Source of the DNA: Entomortierella parvispora E1425
Taxonomy: Eukaryota; Fungi; Mortierellomycota
Length of the DNA stretch: 64,000 nt
NCBI GenBank assembly: GCA_020891255.1
Contig: BQFW01000017.1
Coordinates: forward strand, 1 to 64,000
Reading direction: 5' to 3'
Part shown: piece after piece, positions 10,359 through 27,318 of the stretch
Layout: every line of letters starts with the position of its first letter
Position numbering within the stretch: position 1 is the first letter of the stretch
Notes under the pieces: generated by a model
Seen by the model: only the letters and a program-made list of their open reading frames with translations
The model's database searches: none
What the model was told of the DNA's origin: nothing
Program-made: the position numbers and the translations under genes

Positions 10359-10839
10359 ATGCGTTTCTCTGCCGCTGTCGTCCTCGCCTCCTTGGCTGCC
10401 TTCGTCACTGCTGCTCCTGTCAGCAAGGCTGTTCAGTCTGAGTACTTCCCCTTCACCCCTGAGGGTCCCTGCGTCTCCGCATGCACCAACGTAAAGTTCA
10501 TTCTGGCGTTCTCTATCAGTGCTGCCATGAAAATGAAATAGGACCCTGATGAACACTTTCTGACCACCCTTCTCCACTTTATCAAAACAATAATAGTCCG
10601 TTGGCAAGTCCCTCTTCGTGAACTACGATGACCTCGACTCGTACGGTCCCAACTTCATCCAGTCGCTCAGCTACACTTTCGAGCGCGGTTCGCCCACCAC
10701 CATCTCCTTCATGACCAAGGCCGGTACCTGCATGTCCACCTGCCCCCAGCCCGAGTTGGACATCTACACCGCCAACTACCCCCTCAAGTTGACCTGGTAC
10801 AAGGCCCACAAGCTCGACACTCCTCCTCCCCGCCCTTAA
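10359..10839 (+). CDS. Small secreted 4-Cys protein of unknown function (124 aa; exons 10359-10490 and 10597-10839)
   Basis: Signal peptide MRFSAAVVLASLAAFVTA; in-frame GT-AG intron 10491-10596; two C-x3-C motifs (PCVSAC, TCMSTC); strong bias to C/T-ending and AAG codons. Confidence 0.9.
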
Positions 10840-11211
10840 ATACTTCTCCCACCTTTAACTTCAGCTTTTAGAAGAGGGAGACGCGAAATCTTCTAGACCT
10901 TCGCATCTCCCATTGCACAGTCTCTCCAGTTTTTTCTGTTCCTTCTAGGCTTGTATAGACATTCCCAAAATATAAAAAATTAATTTGAGAGACCCCCTAA
11001 AGCCATTGTGCGAGTGTCAGAAATACATCGCGTGTTTGTCAATGACTTTGAAAAAGTTGAGGTTCAAAGACACAGGAAAAGAAGTGAAGGAGAGGGTCAG
11101 TGAGTGAAAAAACAATAGAAGTAGCGGTTCGGCCAGATTGACTTTGCTTTCCCAAGAGAAATTTCGTCAATTTCGCAGGGTCCACAATTTTGAAGCATCA
11201 AATGACAACGT

Positions 11212-12493
11212 TTATTCAATGCTATCCACCATCGTCATGAGTCGATCCATTGTCCGCCTGGAATTTGCATCGATATGGTTCTCCGCTCCTGGGTATCCTG
11301 ACGACGACGCACCCACCAAGGATGCCTTTGAATCCTGAGTCTGGTGATCGGGTGAAGAAGTCATCTCCACATCTGAATCTCCCGGGGCCACCGTGGAGGA
11401 GTTAATAGTGGCCAGTGAGCGTTGACGCTGCTCCTTGAGTGCCCTCAGCGCCGAAAGTTTGCTCCGTAGATCAGCGCACGTTCTAAATTCGAAAAAAAAA
11501 ATCCAATGTTAAGTCTTATGTTCAGTCTACATCCTATGCTGAGTGTTCAGCTGCGGATGTTCGTACCGTTTAAGGGCCTCTGTTTCCTGCTTCTTGGTTT
11601 GGAGTTGATTCTGCATCATAAGTCGCAACGTCTCCCGGGCTTGATGTGGTCGATATTCATTCAGGATGTGGTGCATGTTGATGAAAATCATCCGAATCTC
11701 ATCTACTCGTTTGTAGTGCTATGTAAGAACAAAACGGATGGCAAATTTCTCTGTCAGCTCCCCTTTGTTCCTTGACTTTCTCCAAATCTGATGCTCTTTG
11801 CTCCTGCATAAGTGCTTTACCTCTCCTGGAGTTGTAGTGAGTGTATGAACAAGTTCCAGAAAGTTGAAAATGGCAGAGTGGTTCAGTTTCTTGAGCTCTT
11901 TGACGCGATCTAGAGGGGTTTGCACGACGATCCGAGTTAGAAATCCATAATTTTTCTAGACGCCAGATCTATGAGTGCCATGCCGGGATAAAGGGTCCAT
12001 ATGGATCGCGCATATCCAAAAAGAAAAACGAAAATGGCGGCGCGTCATAACGCAGTGAATTACCAATTGGCCCTTTCGGGTAAAGCTGTTGACATCCTTG
12101 TTGCTCAAGTGTGGCAAGTGTTTCCTGGGTCTATGGTCCAATGAGAGGTTTTCATACACAATAATGGTGAGTCTGTTGTTTCGACGGCCTTTCCTTTTTG
12201 CCGAGCGTCTGTTCCTGATCTCCCCTTACATCAAACGGCCGTCCAAATTGCCAGTACTTGCCGCTCTGGACAGGTGGTGGTGGTTCAAGGGCAAGTACGG
12301 GGAAAGGAAGTTTCGAGAGACTCTTTGCGAGATCGGGTGATGCTGAATCCGATTGTTCTTTTTCTGATTTTGCTCGTTGCAGTAATGCGAGGTTCTCGGT
12401 GGTGTACCGTTGAAAGTAGAATGGAGGAGCGGGGAATGCAGATGATTGCTGCTGGGCGCTGGCTTCTTCCATGTTTTGTTTTGTCGAGTCCAA
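11212..12493 (-). CDS. MED7: Mediator subunit Med7 (multi-exon)
   Basis: SAFPAPPFYF, LEPPPP, WQFGRPF, ELKKLNHSAIFNFLELV and NEYRPHQARETL-type motifs. Confidence 0.92.
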
Positions 12494-12707
12494 GTCTTCG
12501 GATGGATTGTAGTGGTAATGTCGGCTCCTTGGTCTTCCAGTGCAATCAGATCGTGTCCTTTGGATGAATTGTCGTGTGGTGATGAAAGAAGAAAGGTCGA
12601 CCTGAAAAAGGGCGATTGGCTGAAACGCATCAAAAGCTCGCCCAAAAAATAATTTTTACTTTGAATTTTTATTCTTAAATTTATTTGACAAACACCATTC
12701 CATCGCT

Positions 12708-14547
<1,840 letters not shown>

Positions 14548-15328
14548 TTCCACAACGAATAAAAAAGTGAATGCAATGAATGCAAAAAGCAAAAAGGGAA
14601 GGGCCAGCTCGAGCAGCCCGACTGTGGGGCTGGAAAAAGAGAAATGGATGTGAAAAAGTGACGGTCACACCTTGGCCGGGCGAGGTGGCTTAGCCTCATG
14701 ATAAATAGAGTGCGCATGTTGTTTTTTTCAGTTTTTCTTCACTTTCCCCCCATCCTCCAAGTAAGTCTACCTCTTCGCGCCCCTGTCGCGCACACCCTTG
14801 CCTTGTGTGCATGTTGATATGAACGAGCTCCTCCCGAACCGCGCGCATCCAAACGGACCTTTCCCATCCACCTCCCCTACACACACACACCCGCAAATAA
14901 ACTGTGCACACACCGTTGGATCATTTACTCCGTTCCTTCCGAGAGTGACGCAGAGGGTTCTCGTTTAAGAGGATCGCACTTACACTGTTTGCAAGATAAA
15001 CACACTCACCGTTTGAGGATGCGCTCGACGTTTTACGGAGCTCGTTTATAGGTATGTGGGTGATATTACCTTTTCAATTACTTTTTTTTCTAATCCAGTT
15101 TTTTTCTCTAAACTGTTTTAGATTCCTCGCAAGTTGGTTGTCGCCACGCTCAAGAAGAATTATTATTATGAATAAACCATGTTGATTTCAATTGAATTAT
15201 CTGTTCACAACGATCTCTGGGCTGTCCTTGAAGCAACTGATCAGAGAAGGAGCTGTTCTTGCAGTATGAAAGAAAATGATATTTATATTGTCTTGTTTTT
15301 GGTCAACGGGGAATCAAATGTACACTTT

Positions 15329-17952
15329 TTAAACGGCAACAGAACCGGCAGTGCCACGGGGCACCACACGAATAGGCAAGCCCTTGGCCACAGGCAAAGT
15401 CAGACCAGCACCGTAAGCGGGTTCGTTGTGAGGATCGACCAACTCAAACTCGAAGCGCTTGAAGAGAATAGACATGATCGTGATAGCCTCAATAGTGGCA
15501 AATTGTTGTCCCAAGCAGGTACGGGGTCCGGCGTGGAAAGCAGGGAACTTTGTAGGCGAGGCCTTGTCGCCAGTAAACCAGCGCTCGGGCTTGTACTCCT
15601 TGGCATCAGGTCCCCAAATGGAGGGGTCGCGACTATAGAGATTAAACAAGGAATAATTCGTTAGTTTAGTTGAGTGCTTTCATGATCAATGGGCGTTTTT
15701 TTTTTCCGCCTTACCCCATTGTCCAAGAAGACCACTGGAAGAACTCGCCCTTCTTGATTTCAACTCCGTCTGAAAGATAAAAAGAAAAAACATAATACAG
15801 TAACGTAAGTCTCCTTGAGCATGCCTCTGTCGCTATCACTGTCCTCTTAAGTTGTTGACTTACTAGGAAGAACATCATCCTCGACGCAGACCTTGATGTT
15901 GCGAGGCACACTGGGGTAAAGGCGCAAGGCTATAGTGGGAGGGGAGGAATCACGTTAGCATCGTATTTGCAACTCTAACAGGCTCCCATGTGAAGACAAT
16001 TGCAATTAACTCACCTTCATAAAGACAGGCCTCGGCGTATTTCATCTGCTTGGAGGACTCATAAGAGGGCATGTCATCGCCAAGAACATTGTCAATCTCC
16101 TCCTGAAGCTTGCGCACAATCGACTTGTCGGAAGAGCTCCTGTGCAACAGGTAGAACATCCAAGTCAGCGCCTGTGCTGTCGTATCACGACCGGCCTATT
16201 TTTTTTTTTTTTTTGCGTCATGGTTTGGAAGAGGGTCAGTTCTGCACATGGGTGATAAACAAAGGCTCACATTTGTAATACAATAAAAGTCTGGATGGGA
16301 GACACCTACAATGATAAAGTTGAGGATGCTGTCCTTCAGCATGTCGTCCGAGAGGGGCTCGCCGTTGTCGTCTGTCAGGTCCATGAACAACTGCAAGAGA
16401 TCCTTCTGAGGTTTGTGGTATCCTGACTGGCGGCGTTTGCGGATGATGTCGAGTGAAAAGTCGACCACAATCTTCTTGTCCTTGGCAACCTGCTTGCCCA
16501 CGCCGGTGAACCATTCGACCAATTTCCAGGGTCCAAGGAACAGACGCTCACTGACGGTGGCGTTCAAGCGATCAAAGGCAGCCGCAAACTCGACCTCTTC
16601 CTCCGGGTTGGTCAGGCAGCCAAAAGATTGACCAAAGGAGACCCTTGTTGACGAACGCGATAAATATAAATAAAAAAGACAAAAAAAGGTAGAACAGAAA
16701 TCAGTGATTGCGGCGGGCTGAAGGAGTCTCCGAATGTGTGGAACTGGTCGTCGTGCTGACTACTTGGCCATGAAAGGGCGCAGCTTCCTAGCTAGAAACA
16801 CTGCGCCCTGACGCGAAGATAGATCGCGTGATGAACATCTTGACGAATGCATCTGTCATTCGCTCCATCATTTAGCATCATCCACAATAAGATGAGTACG
16901 TACTCGCCAAAGGAGTCCAGAGTGAACTTGAGAAAGATGTCTTGGATGTCGATGGTGGTCCCTTTTTCAGCAACCTGTCCAAGGTAGTTGGCGACAATTT
17001 TGGACTCTTGAACAAACACATTGCTGGTGTAGTCTGTCAAAGTGGATGCATAAAAGTGCGTCAATAGACCTCCTTGCCTTGGATCGGGTGCTATTCCTGT
17101 ACAAGACATTTTACACTAGTACTCGTGCTCTTCACTAACCTCGGAAGGCCTTAACGTTGAAGATATGACTGGCCATCTTGCGCTGCCACTTCCAGTGCTA
17201 TATCGTCCAAGGTCGCCATAGTGAGGAGGTGGAAGTGAAGAAGGATAGTCAATAAATTGTTCAGTATGGGAACAGGGAAACAGGTTTGGGCGTGCATCCA
17301 CTCGAACACAGACCCCATGTGCTTGTGCAGAGGGAGTCGATACATTGGACGTAGGTACATCAAGCGCAGTGGATGAGCACCATCGCAGGCAGTCTTCCCC
17401 ACCGCGGGCCAGTGGCGAGAGCATCGTTAAACCCATCCATCCTTCTCCACCGTGGGCCTGAGATGAGAGCACCAGACACAAATTACAAGTTTACAAGTTT
17501 ACCTGACCATCGGCACCAAAGATGCCTCCTCCGAGCAGATCCTCGAGGGTCTCGCGAAGGACCGGGCCCTTCTCATACGCCCAAAAGTTCGTCTTGAGCA
17601 CATGCTCCAGCACTGCTGGGTCATTGACCATGATGGATCTACCCAAGCCAATCATACTGAACGTCCAGACGGGGCCATATTTTTCGAGGTATTGGTCATG
17701 GAGCTGTGAGATCCGGGACATGGGCGTACGGACCATGAGAATGAAGTTACCGATGAAGGGCAAACCCTTGGGACCAGGAAGGTTAGTGCGGCGAGTACCA
17801 ACGGCGTTGTCTCTGTATTTGAGGAGCAAGTACAGAAAGTAGAGACCGAGGGCTGTCCGGGGTGCGTGGCTACGATCGAAGCTCTTGAGGATCAGGGCGA
17901 GTGCTCCTGAAGACTTTGCAGCCTCCGCAAGGTGGTTGAGTGCTACGTTCAT
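15329..17952 (-). CDS. Cytochrome P450, CYP86-clan/CYP704-like fatty-acid hydroxylase type (multi-exon)
   Basis: LPGPKGLPFIGN, GIFGADG..WKWQRK, I-helix AGRDTTAQAL, K-helix EALRLYP, PERW and haem motif FHAGPRTCLG. Confidence 0.95.
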
Positions 17953-18472
17953 CTTGATTGGGGTAGCAAGGGATACGGCTGAAGAGGAAGGGGGATGACC
18001 GAGGGCAAGTAGGGGGGTGGAAGGGTATACAAAGAAAAAAAAAGAAGAAGAAGAAAGAGGAAAAAGAAAAGAGGGAGAGATGGATTGATAGACCTTTGAA
18101 ATGAAAGTGCAAAAAGTCCGAAGGGGAGAGGACAGAATTTCTATTCTTTTACGTTTTGTGGATGGGAGAGACACCACAGGCCTCAATTGATTTCGTTGCT
18201 CTCAAGGTCGAGGTAGCATGAAGGATCGGACTGGAACCCGGTGCATGTGCTCGGGGGCGAGCGTTTATTGAGCTTAACGCACGTACATGTACTCCACAAA
18301 GCGTAGCAGCTAGAAAAGCCGATCAGCTGTTGGAGTCGCAGTCGCAGTCGCAACCGATCGGGCAGCGACGCGACTTGTTGGGATATCTTTTCCTTTTCTC
18401 CATCCGCCTCCCTAACAGAGAGAAGGCTGTGAGGCATCACCCCTAAAAAGGAGAATTTCCCTTTGTCCCAAG

Positions 18473-21053
<2,581 letters not shown>

Positions 21054-21234
21054 GGTTACTTGGCTGTTTCCGTTTCCTGTTGTCTAGATTGCTGATCCTG
21101 CGCGCGATGGAATGGAAGAAGGCAAAGTCGTTTGAAATGTCAGGACGAACATGACATCGGCCCAGAATTCGTGACTGCTTGTTTTTACAGCATCATTGCC
21201 ACGACAGAAAGTGCCATGATGTTCAAATCTTTTA

Positions 21235-21870
21235 TTATTTTTCTTCCTTTTTCACCTTCTCCTTCTTTTCGCCCTGAAGAGTAACCACAATCTTGCGACC
21301 GGAAGCGTGGTTTCTATGTTCACACAGCCAAATTCTTAATAAAGCAAAGACGCGACATGTTAGTTTGTGCGCTGTATCAAAAAATTTCACCCATCACAAC
21401 TCTCCCGTCAGATCAGCTTCAATTATTACCCCTGCCACATGCCAAGGTTGAAGCGGCCGTTGGTAATAGGAATGTTGAGCGACACTCCAAGGAGTGAGCT
21501 CTTCAGGTGCCCCGTCATATCGTCGGGGCCTTCATCAGTGTGGGTGTAGGGGAAATCTTCAGGCGCGATCTTGTTCAAAGCCATCTCCATATCGACGCGG
21601 ACATCTGGGTCCGCGTTTTCGTTCAGAGAGAGCGATGCAGAAGTGTGTTGCACTAGGGTTGTATGATTCCAAGGACGTTAGTCTGTTGCGCTGTTGTAGT
21701 CGTTTTTAGGAGTCTTCACGTCTGAGCAAAGGTCAAGTCATACAAAACACATTGGCCATGCCGACAGAGTACTGTCGCAGCTCGGGTAATTGGCGCTCGA
21801 TCTCGCTAGTGACCAAGTGGCATCCTCGAGACTTTGAGGGAAGTCGAATGGTAGTTTGTGCCCAAGACAT
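21235..21870 (-). CDS. UPF0047/YjbQ-family protein (3 exons)
   Basis: RGCHLVT, QHTSASLSLNENADPDVR, HTDEGPDDMTGHLKSSL, LGMWQGIWLCEHR. Confidence 0.93.
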
Positions 21871-21955
21871 TTGTAGTATAATGGATTGTTGACTTTGGTG
21901 AATGAAAAGGGATGCCGATGAAAGGCGAATGGGGAAGGTCTTGAAGTCCGAACTA

Positions 21956-23224
21956 TTAAGGGTTTTTACTATGGATTTGAAAGAGCTCCTGAAGTGTTGA
22001 GGTCAGTGTGATGATGAGAGGCACAATCGTGTTATTTGAGGTAATTCCTTCAGCTACTTACCAGGTCATTGCTCCGGTCATAATCGCAGTGGATTTCCAA
22101 AGAAGAAGGATCGATCCGATCGGCTTTGATCATCTTGGACTCGCCGACTTTTTTTACAAAATAATCGTGGGCCTGGGCCACCACAGCGAGCTGGTCCAGA
22201 GAAAAGTTGTATCGTTTTTCCATGGTGATGTACGCGACTCGGCCAATTGAGTATCTCGGGTGATCCTTTGGAAGAGGCTCCTTCAACAACTTTTCCAAAC
22301 ACTCAACAAGTGCATCGGTCAAAGAGTCGTCATAAACAACTAAAGCGGATGTAAGAGAAGGTAGCCTGTCAAACGCTATGAACTGCACAGTTTGAGAGAG
22401 TAGGCCAGTTGATCCTTACCATCTGCGGCGATAATGTAGGCACCTTGGGAAGACCAAAGGCTCCTATCTTCATCTTTCCAACTAAACTGATCAGGCTCCT
22501 CCTCCACTGGGTCCAGGGGACAGTCCATGAGCCAATTCAGACGTCGACAAAGCACCTGTCCAGGGCCAGAGGTTGTAGTTGCTCCAGCGCCCTCAGGCTG
22601 AAGGTTCATATCAACATTGTGCTGGCAATTGAGCAACACCTTGGTGTCAAAGTCGGTACAAAAAAACGTTTTCGCGGGTGTCAAAAGCGCGCCAGCAATG
22701 CTGCCTACTCCCGTTCCAGCTCCAAGCTCCAAGACGACGGCGCGATCCAGCTCCGGAATCAAGGTCACCATCCAGTCTATCAGAAGGAAACTGCCCATCC
22801 AGACTTGGGAGCCTACAGCGCGCAAATTTGTACCCATTGCGTGTTGGATTTCTAGAGCGTGGTCCCAAGCCTGATCGCCATCACTGGTATGAAGAGTATC
22901 TTCATCATCCTCGTTGGCCTGGGTTTGAGTCCTCGCGGCCAGGGACAGCGGGAATATTGAAGTCAACATTCTGCCATCGACGCGACCATTCTGAGGGTGA
23001 ATGTGAACATCGGAAAGCACCATGTCATCGTCATACTCTTGTTCATTGCTACTGTCATTTTCGTCCTCATTCTCCGGTTCCTCCTCCTCGGTGTTGTTGT
23101 CATTCTCCCCACCACTTTGGTTGCTGAGGCCATTGTCGAGGATGTCCTGGTCCACATTGATGTTCTCGTCCTGGTCGCTGAGCGCGCGATCCAGACGAGG
23201 TCTCTTTGCGCGAGGAGGATCCAT
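21956..23224 (-). CDS. METTL22-like SAM-dependent protein methyltransferase (family 16)
   Basis: VGSQVWMGSFLLIDW, VVLELGAGTG, FCTDF, LNW and IIAAD(V) motifs; acidic N-terminus. Confidence 0.85.
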
Positions 23225-23918
23225 TTAGGATCGAGATGGAATGGAAGAGATGACGGTGGATGGACAACGATAGGAGAGGAAGGACAGGACACGCGAGGAG
23301 GCGAGGGAGAGGGGATGCAGTAAACAAAACGGAGCGAACTGGCCACGCGACCCTGTCCAGCCAGAAAGACAGCGGCCGGCTTTGACACAATGTCAAAAAT
23401 AAAAAAATGACCGAAGGGTCCGACTCCGCCCAAACCACAGCGAGAGAGAACTACAATCTATACAAGCAGCGGGAGTAATGAGGGTGAGCGAGGAGCGGGA
23501 AGAGTGAGAACACTACAAGTTACAGGTAATGCAATGAGGGTGAGAGCACGCAACAAGGAGAGTGAGTGCGAGGGTGTGCGAGGGTGTGAGAGGGTGTGAG
23601 CACAGGAACAAGCGTGAAGCTTGTCAAGTGTGAAGTGTGAGAAGAACACCACTCTATTTCCCGTTCGTTTGAACACCCTGGTCCCTTTCACTGCCACTGG
23701 CACTGCTTACCCTCTGCACCCCTCGTTCTTGTCCCTGGTCCCTGGTGAATCTCTTTTTTTACATCATTGCTGTACATCATTACTTCACTTGTTTTCTCTT
23801 CTCTCCACTTTTCCTTTCTCTTCATTCCTTCATTCCACCCTCGGACATTCTTTCCCCCTCTTCTCCCTCTCATTCATCGCACCTACCCATAAAGAGAGAG
23901 CCCTCTGTCCTGATCTGC

Positions 23919-26582
23919 ATGGCCTACATTCGAACTCCTGTCGCCACCAACTTGCGACAGACCAGGCAGTGTCGCTCCTCGCCTCGCTGCCTCGTCGTTG
24001 CCCTCTCGATCTCCTTCCTGGCCCTCAACTGGGTTGTCCTCTATTCTTTCCATCGACCCAGCGTAGACACTGCCCTAGACGCAGCAGACGCACCCCCTCG
24101 AGAAGAACCCCCTTCTTTACAGCTCTATCCTGCCTCTGCCTATCTTTCCTCGTCCAACAACGAGGCTCTGTGGGCCGGTCATTGGTTCCGGTGGAGAGGT
24201 CTCGATAGTTCCTACGCAGATCAGACCACAGATCCCCTCCGCTTTGATATTGTCTATACCTGGGTCAATGGCTCCGATCCTGCTCTGCAGCAACTGCGTC
24301 ATGACTACCAACGTCAGTCTCCTGTATTTTCCATGCAAGGCGTCGGCGATTCGAAGAATGTTGAATCTGTGACAGCACGTCGGTTCAGGGACATGGACGA
24401 GTTGCGGTACTCTGTCCGGTCAACGGCCGAGTATGCCAAGGACATGTTCCGTCGGATCCACCTGTTGACCACAGAGACCAGCGAAGGACAGGGTCAAGTC
24501 CCTGTTTGGTTAAACCTGCCTTCGGATGAGATCGAGACGGTCCCCCATAGCATCATCTTCAGGAACAAAGGACATCTCCCTTCCTTCAACAGCTTGGCGA
24601 TCGAGAGCAATATCCATCATATCCCTGGCCTATCCGATGTGGTAAGTATTCTTTTTTCTTTTTGACTTTCAGGACAAATTTATTTCCGATCAATGTTGAG
24701 AGTCGTTGCTTGATGCACAACACCCTTCGAGCAACCACCCCCCCCAAATATTCAAACAGTGCATGGAAATCCTTCTGGAAGGAGGGGAGATCATCCCAGG
24801 AATTGCGGATCATTGTTATTGCTCCGGGAAATACCTCCAAAATCAGAAAAAGAATGATGAGCGAGACAAAAAAAGAGCGTGCGACAGGTGAGCGCAGACA
24901 CCGTGTTGAAAGACACACAGCACACCAAACAGAAACCTTCTCCACACCTCCCAGGTTATGTACTGGAACAAGGGACTAGCAAGTTTTAGCCTGGGCCCAG
25001 GAACAATCAAATTGCGACATGGCAAGGGCTGGAGGAAAGGAGGGCGGACCTGAGTTTGGTGCTAGTCAATTCTATTTTACCCAGAACCAGACACTTTTCG
25101 ATGCAGACGAGGATGGAGCAGAGTTCTTCCCTGGATAATTTTGTGTTTTGTCACTCGACCTGCTCATTCGTTCGTGTAACGCTCGAATTTGTTGCTCTTC
25201 TTTTTATATGTGCGATTCTTTCGGTGTCTGTGATCCCCTGCCTGTCAAACAGGGAAGATGGAAGGGGGCCAGGCCCTCTCTGCGAGTCCTAATTTATCCA
25301 TCCCTCCCCTCGTAACCGACCGACTGACTTTCTTCATTTGTCTTGGTTTATCCTCAAATAGTTCATGTACCTGAACGACGACGTGTTTCTCGGTACCACA
25401 ATGCTGCCGTCCGATATCTGGACTGAGCTCTACGGATTTGTTTTCCATATGGAGGGCGGATTGTTGGTACCCCCAACAATTCGTCCCACAGAGTCCAATC
25501 CATTGAATGTGGGCGAATGGAGCTCCCTTCAGTACTCCAACTACCTTCTCTCCCAGCGCTTTGGGCCGCGGTACCGTGCCTATCTGGCTCATGTGCCCCA
25601 TGTGCTCAGTGTATCGATGTTGAGCGAAATTCAGGATCAGTGGCCCGAGGATTTCGACTCTACCAGTTCACATCGCTTCCGAGGCGAAGGCGAGGCCCGT
25701 GACATTCAGGTGTCCTTTTTTATGGCCCATTATGTTCTGGAGAAGATGCGAGAAACTCAATTGTCCTCTTACTGGACTTATCGCCTGGATCAAAACGGGG
25801 ATGGAATGCTGGATTGGAATGAGCGAGAGGTCTTGATTGACATGGTGGAGAGCTGGAACCGAGGCCAAACCCCAAACAGTCCACGCAACGCAAGGCCGAG
25901 TATGATTGCAGGCTACGACCGCGTTTTGAAGCGAGTCGGAACTCCTTTGAGTGGGTCAACATCGTATCGACTGGCCGGTTTGGATGGATACCCATTCCTG
26001 TTGCAGAACGCCGACACCTCAAAGACGATTCCGGTATCAGTCACCAAGAATTCCGAAGGTCGTGATGTTCAACCCCAGTCTCCTTATCGTAATTACGAAA
26101 GCTCTCAATCAAGAACCTGCCAGCTGGATCTGCAGTTTTGCCTGGGCGAGAACTTTTCAATGCCCAGTGTGCCGATCATCCCAATCGCAGAGACCCGACA
26201 GATCTTTGAGCGTCTTGCCTTCAAAGAGTTCCATTGTGGCGATTGTTTACTCCAGATGTTGATGCAGCACCCAGAAGAGGGCGGGATGGGCGCATGGATG
26301 CCACAGGATGAGGGTTCAGTAGCGTTCCAGAGGGTGGTTCACGACGTGAAGAGGTACAACTACGTGCTGGGCACGTCTGACTACTCGTTCTTTGCGCTGC
26401 AGGACGTCAAGGGGGCCACCAACAATTTGAACTACCTCGTGGCCGCCCGCGACAACAAAGCGTTCTTTTGCATCAACGACGACTATCCAGATAACCCAGA
26501 CCTGGAGAAGCAGATCTTTGGCATCTTTAAAAACTTCCTCGACACACGGTTCCCCGTATCATCACCATGGGAGAAACCATAA
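23919..26582 (+). CDS. Stealth-family sugar-phosphate transferase (Xpt1/GNPTAB-like), type II membrane protein; 2 exons with a 720-bp intron (24642-25361)
   Basis: N-terminal TM; CR1 DIVYTWVNGSDP, CR2 RFRDMDELRYSVRS...FNSLAIE...YLNDDVF, CR3 YLAHVPH, CR4 FFCINDD. Confidence 0.92.
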
Positions 26583-27318
26583 CTTTTCTTGTATATAAAC
26601 TGATTTTAATGAATAAAAGGTATTTAGAGTAAAAAATAAGAATAGTATGATTAGTACAATAATATTGGGGAACACCATCTGTAAAGCCACCATTGGCTGC
26701 GGACCTCATTGACGACTTCTAGGGCCGTGGTTTGAGATCACTTTGGCATGCAGCGCGATGCAACCTCGCTTCATCCCCCAAGAATTGATCTACCCCTTGG
26801 ACGCCATCACCCCACCGGAACCAGAGAATGGTCCAAGACTGAGGACATGACGAGGAGCACGCGGATGGAAGGAAAAGAATCCCAACAGCGTGCTCAACAC
26901 GGAAGTTCCATCGGTCAGCGATGGAGCAATGGGCATGCAAAACGAGGGGCGTGTGTTTGTTTTTGCAAGAAGAAAGAAAAAAAGAGAAAAAAGAAAAAAA
27001 AAGAAAAGTGGCCAAGCCCGCTCTCAAATTCTCAATTGAAGGGTCTTTGTCGCCTGTCCTTTGCAGGGCATGGAAGCCACGAAAGCAGTCCATCTGCCAC
27101 AAATTTCAAATTTCCTTCTGACGCCACTATCTTTTCTCTTCTGACTTTCTCGAGTGCGAATCCTTTCCTGTTTCGTCGCGCATCCGTCCTTTGTTCCAAG
27201 ACCCTTTCATTCCTTGCCCTCCCCACCGTCATTGCCTCACCCTCACATCATCCTCTGTCCTGTGCATTGCCTTGAACCCTACACTCCCTTCCCAGATTCA
27301 CCCCATCCTTGCCAGCCA

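Noticed and set aside
24855-25053. Possible box C/D snoRNA in the Stealth intron (ATGATGA ... CTGA)
   Set aside because: Boxes are about 190 nt apart, the terminal stem is weak and I saw no rRNA-complementary guide.
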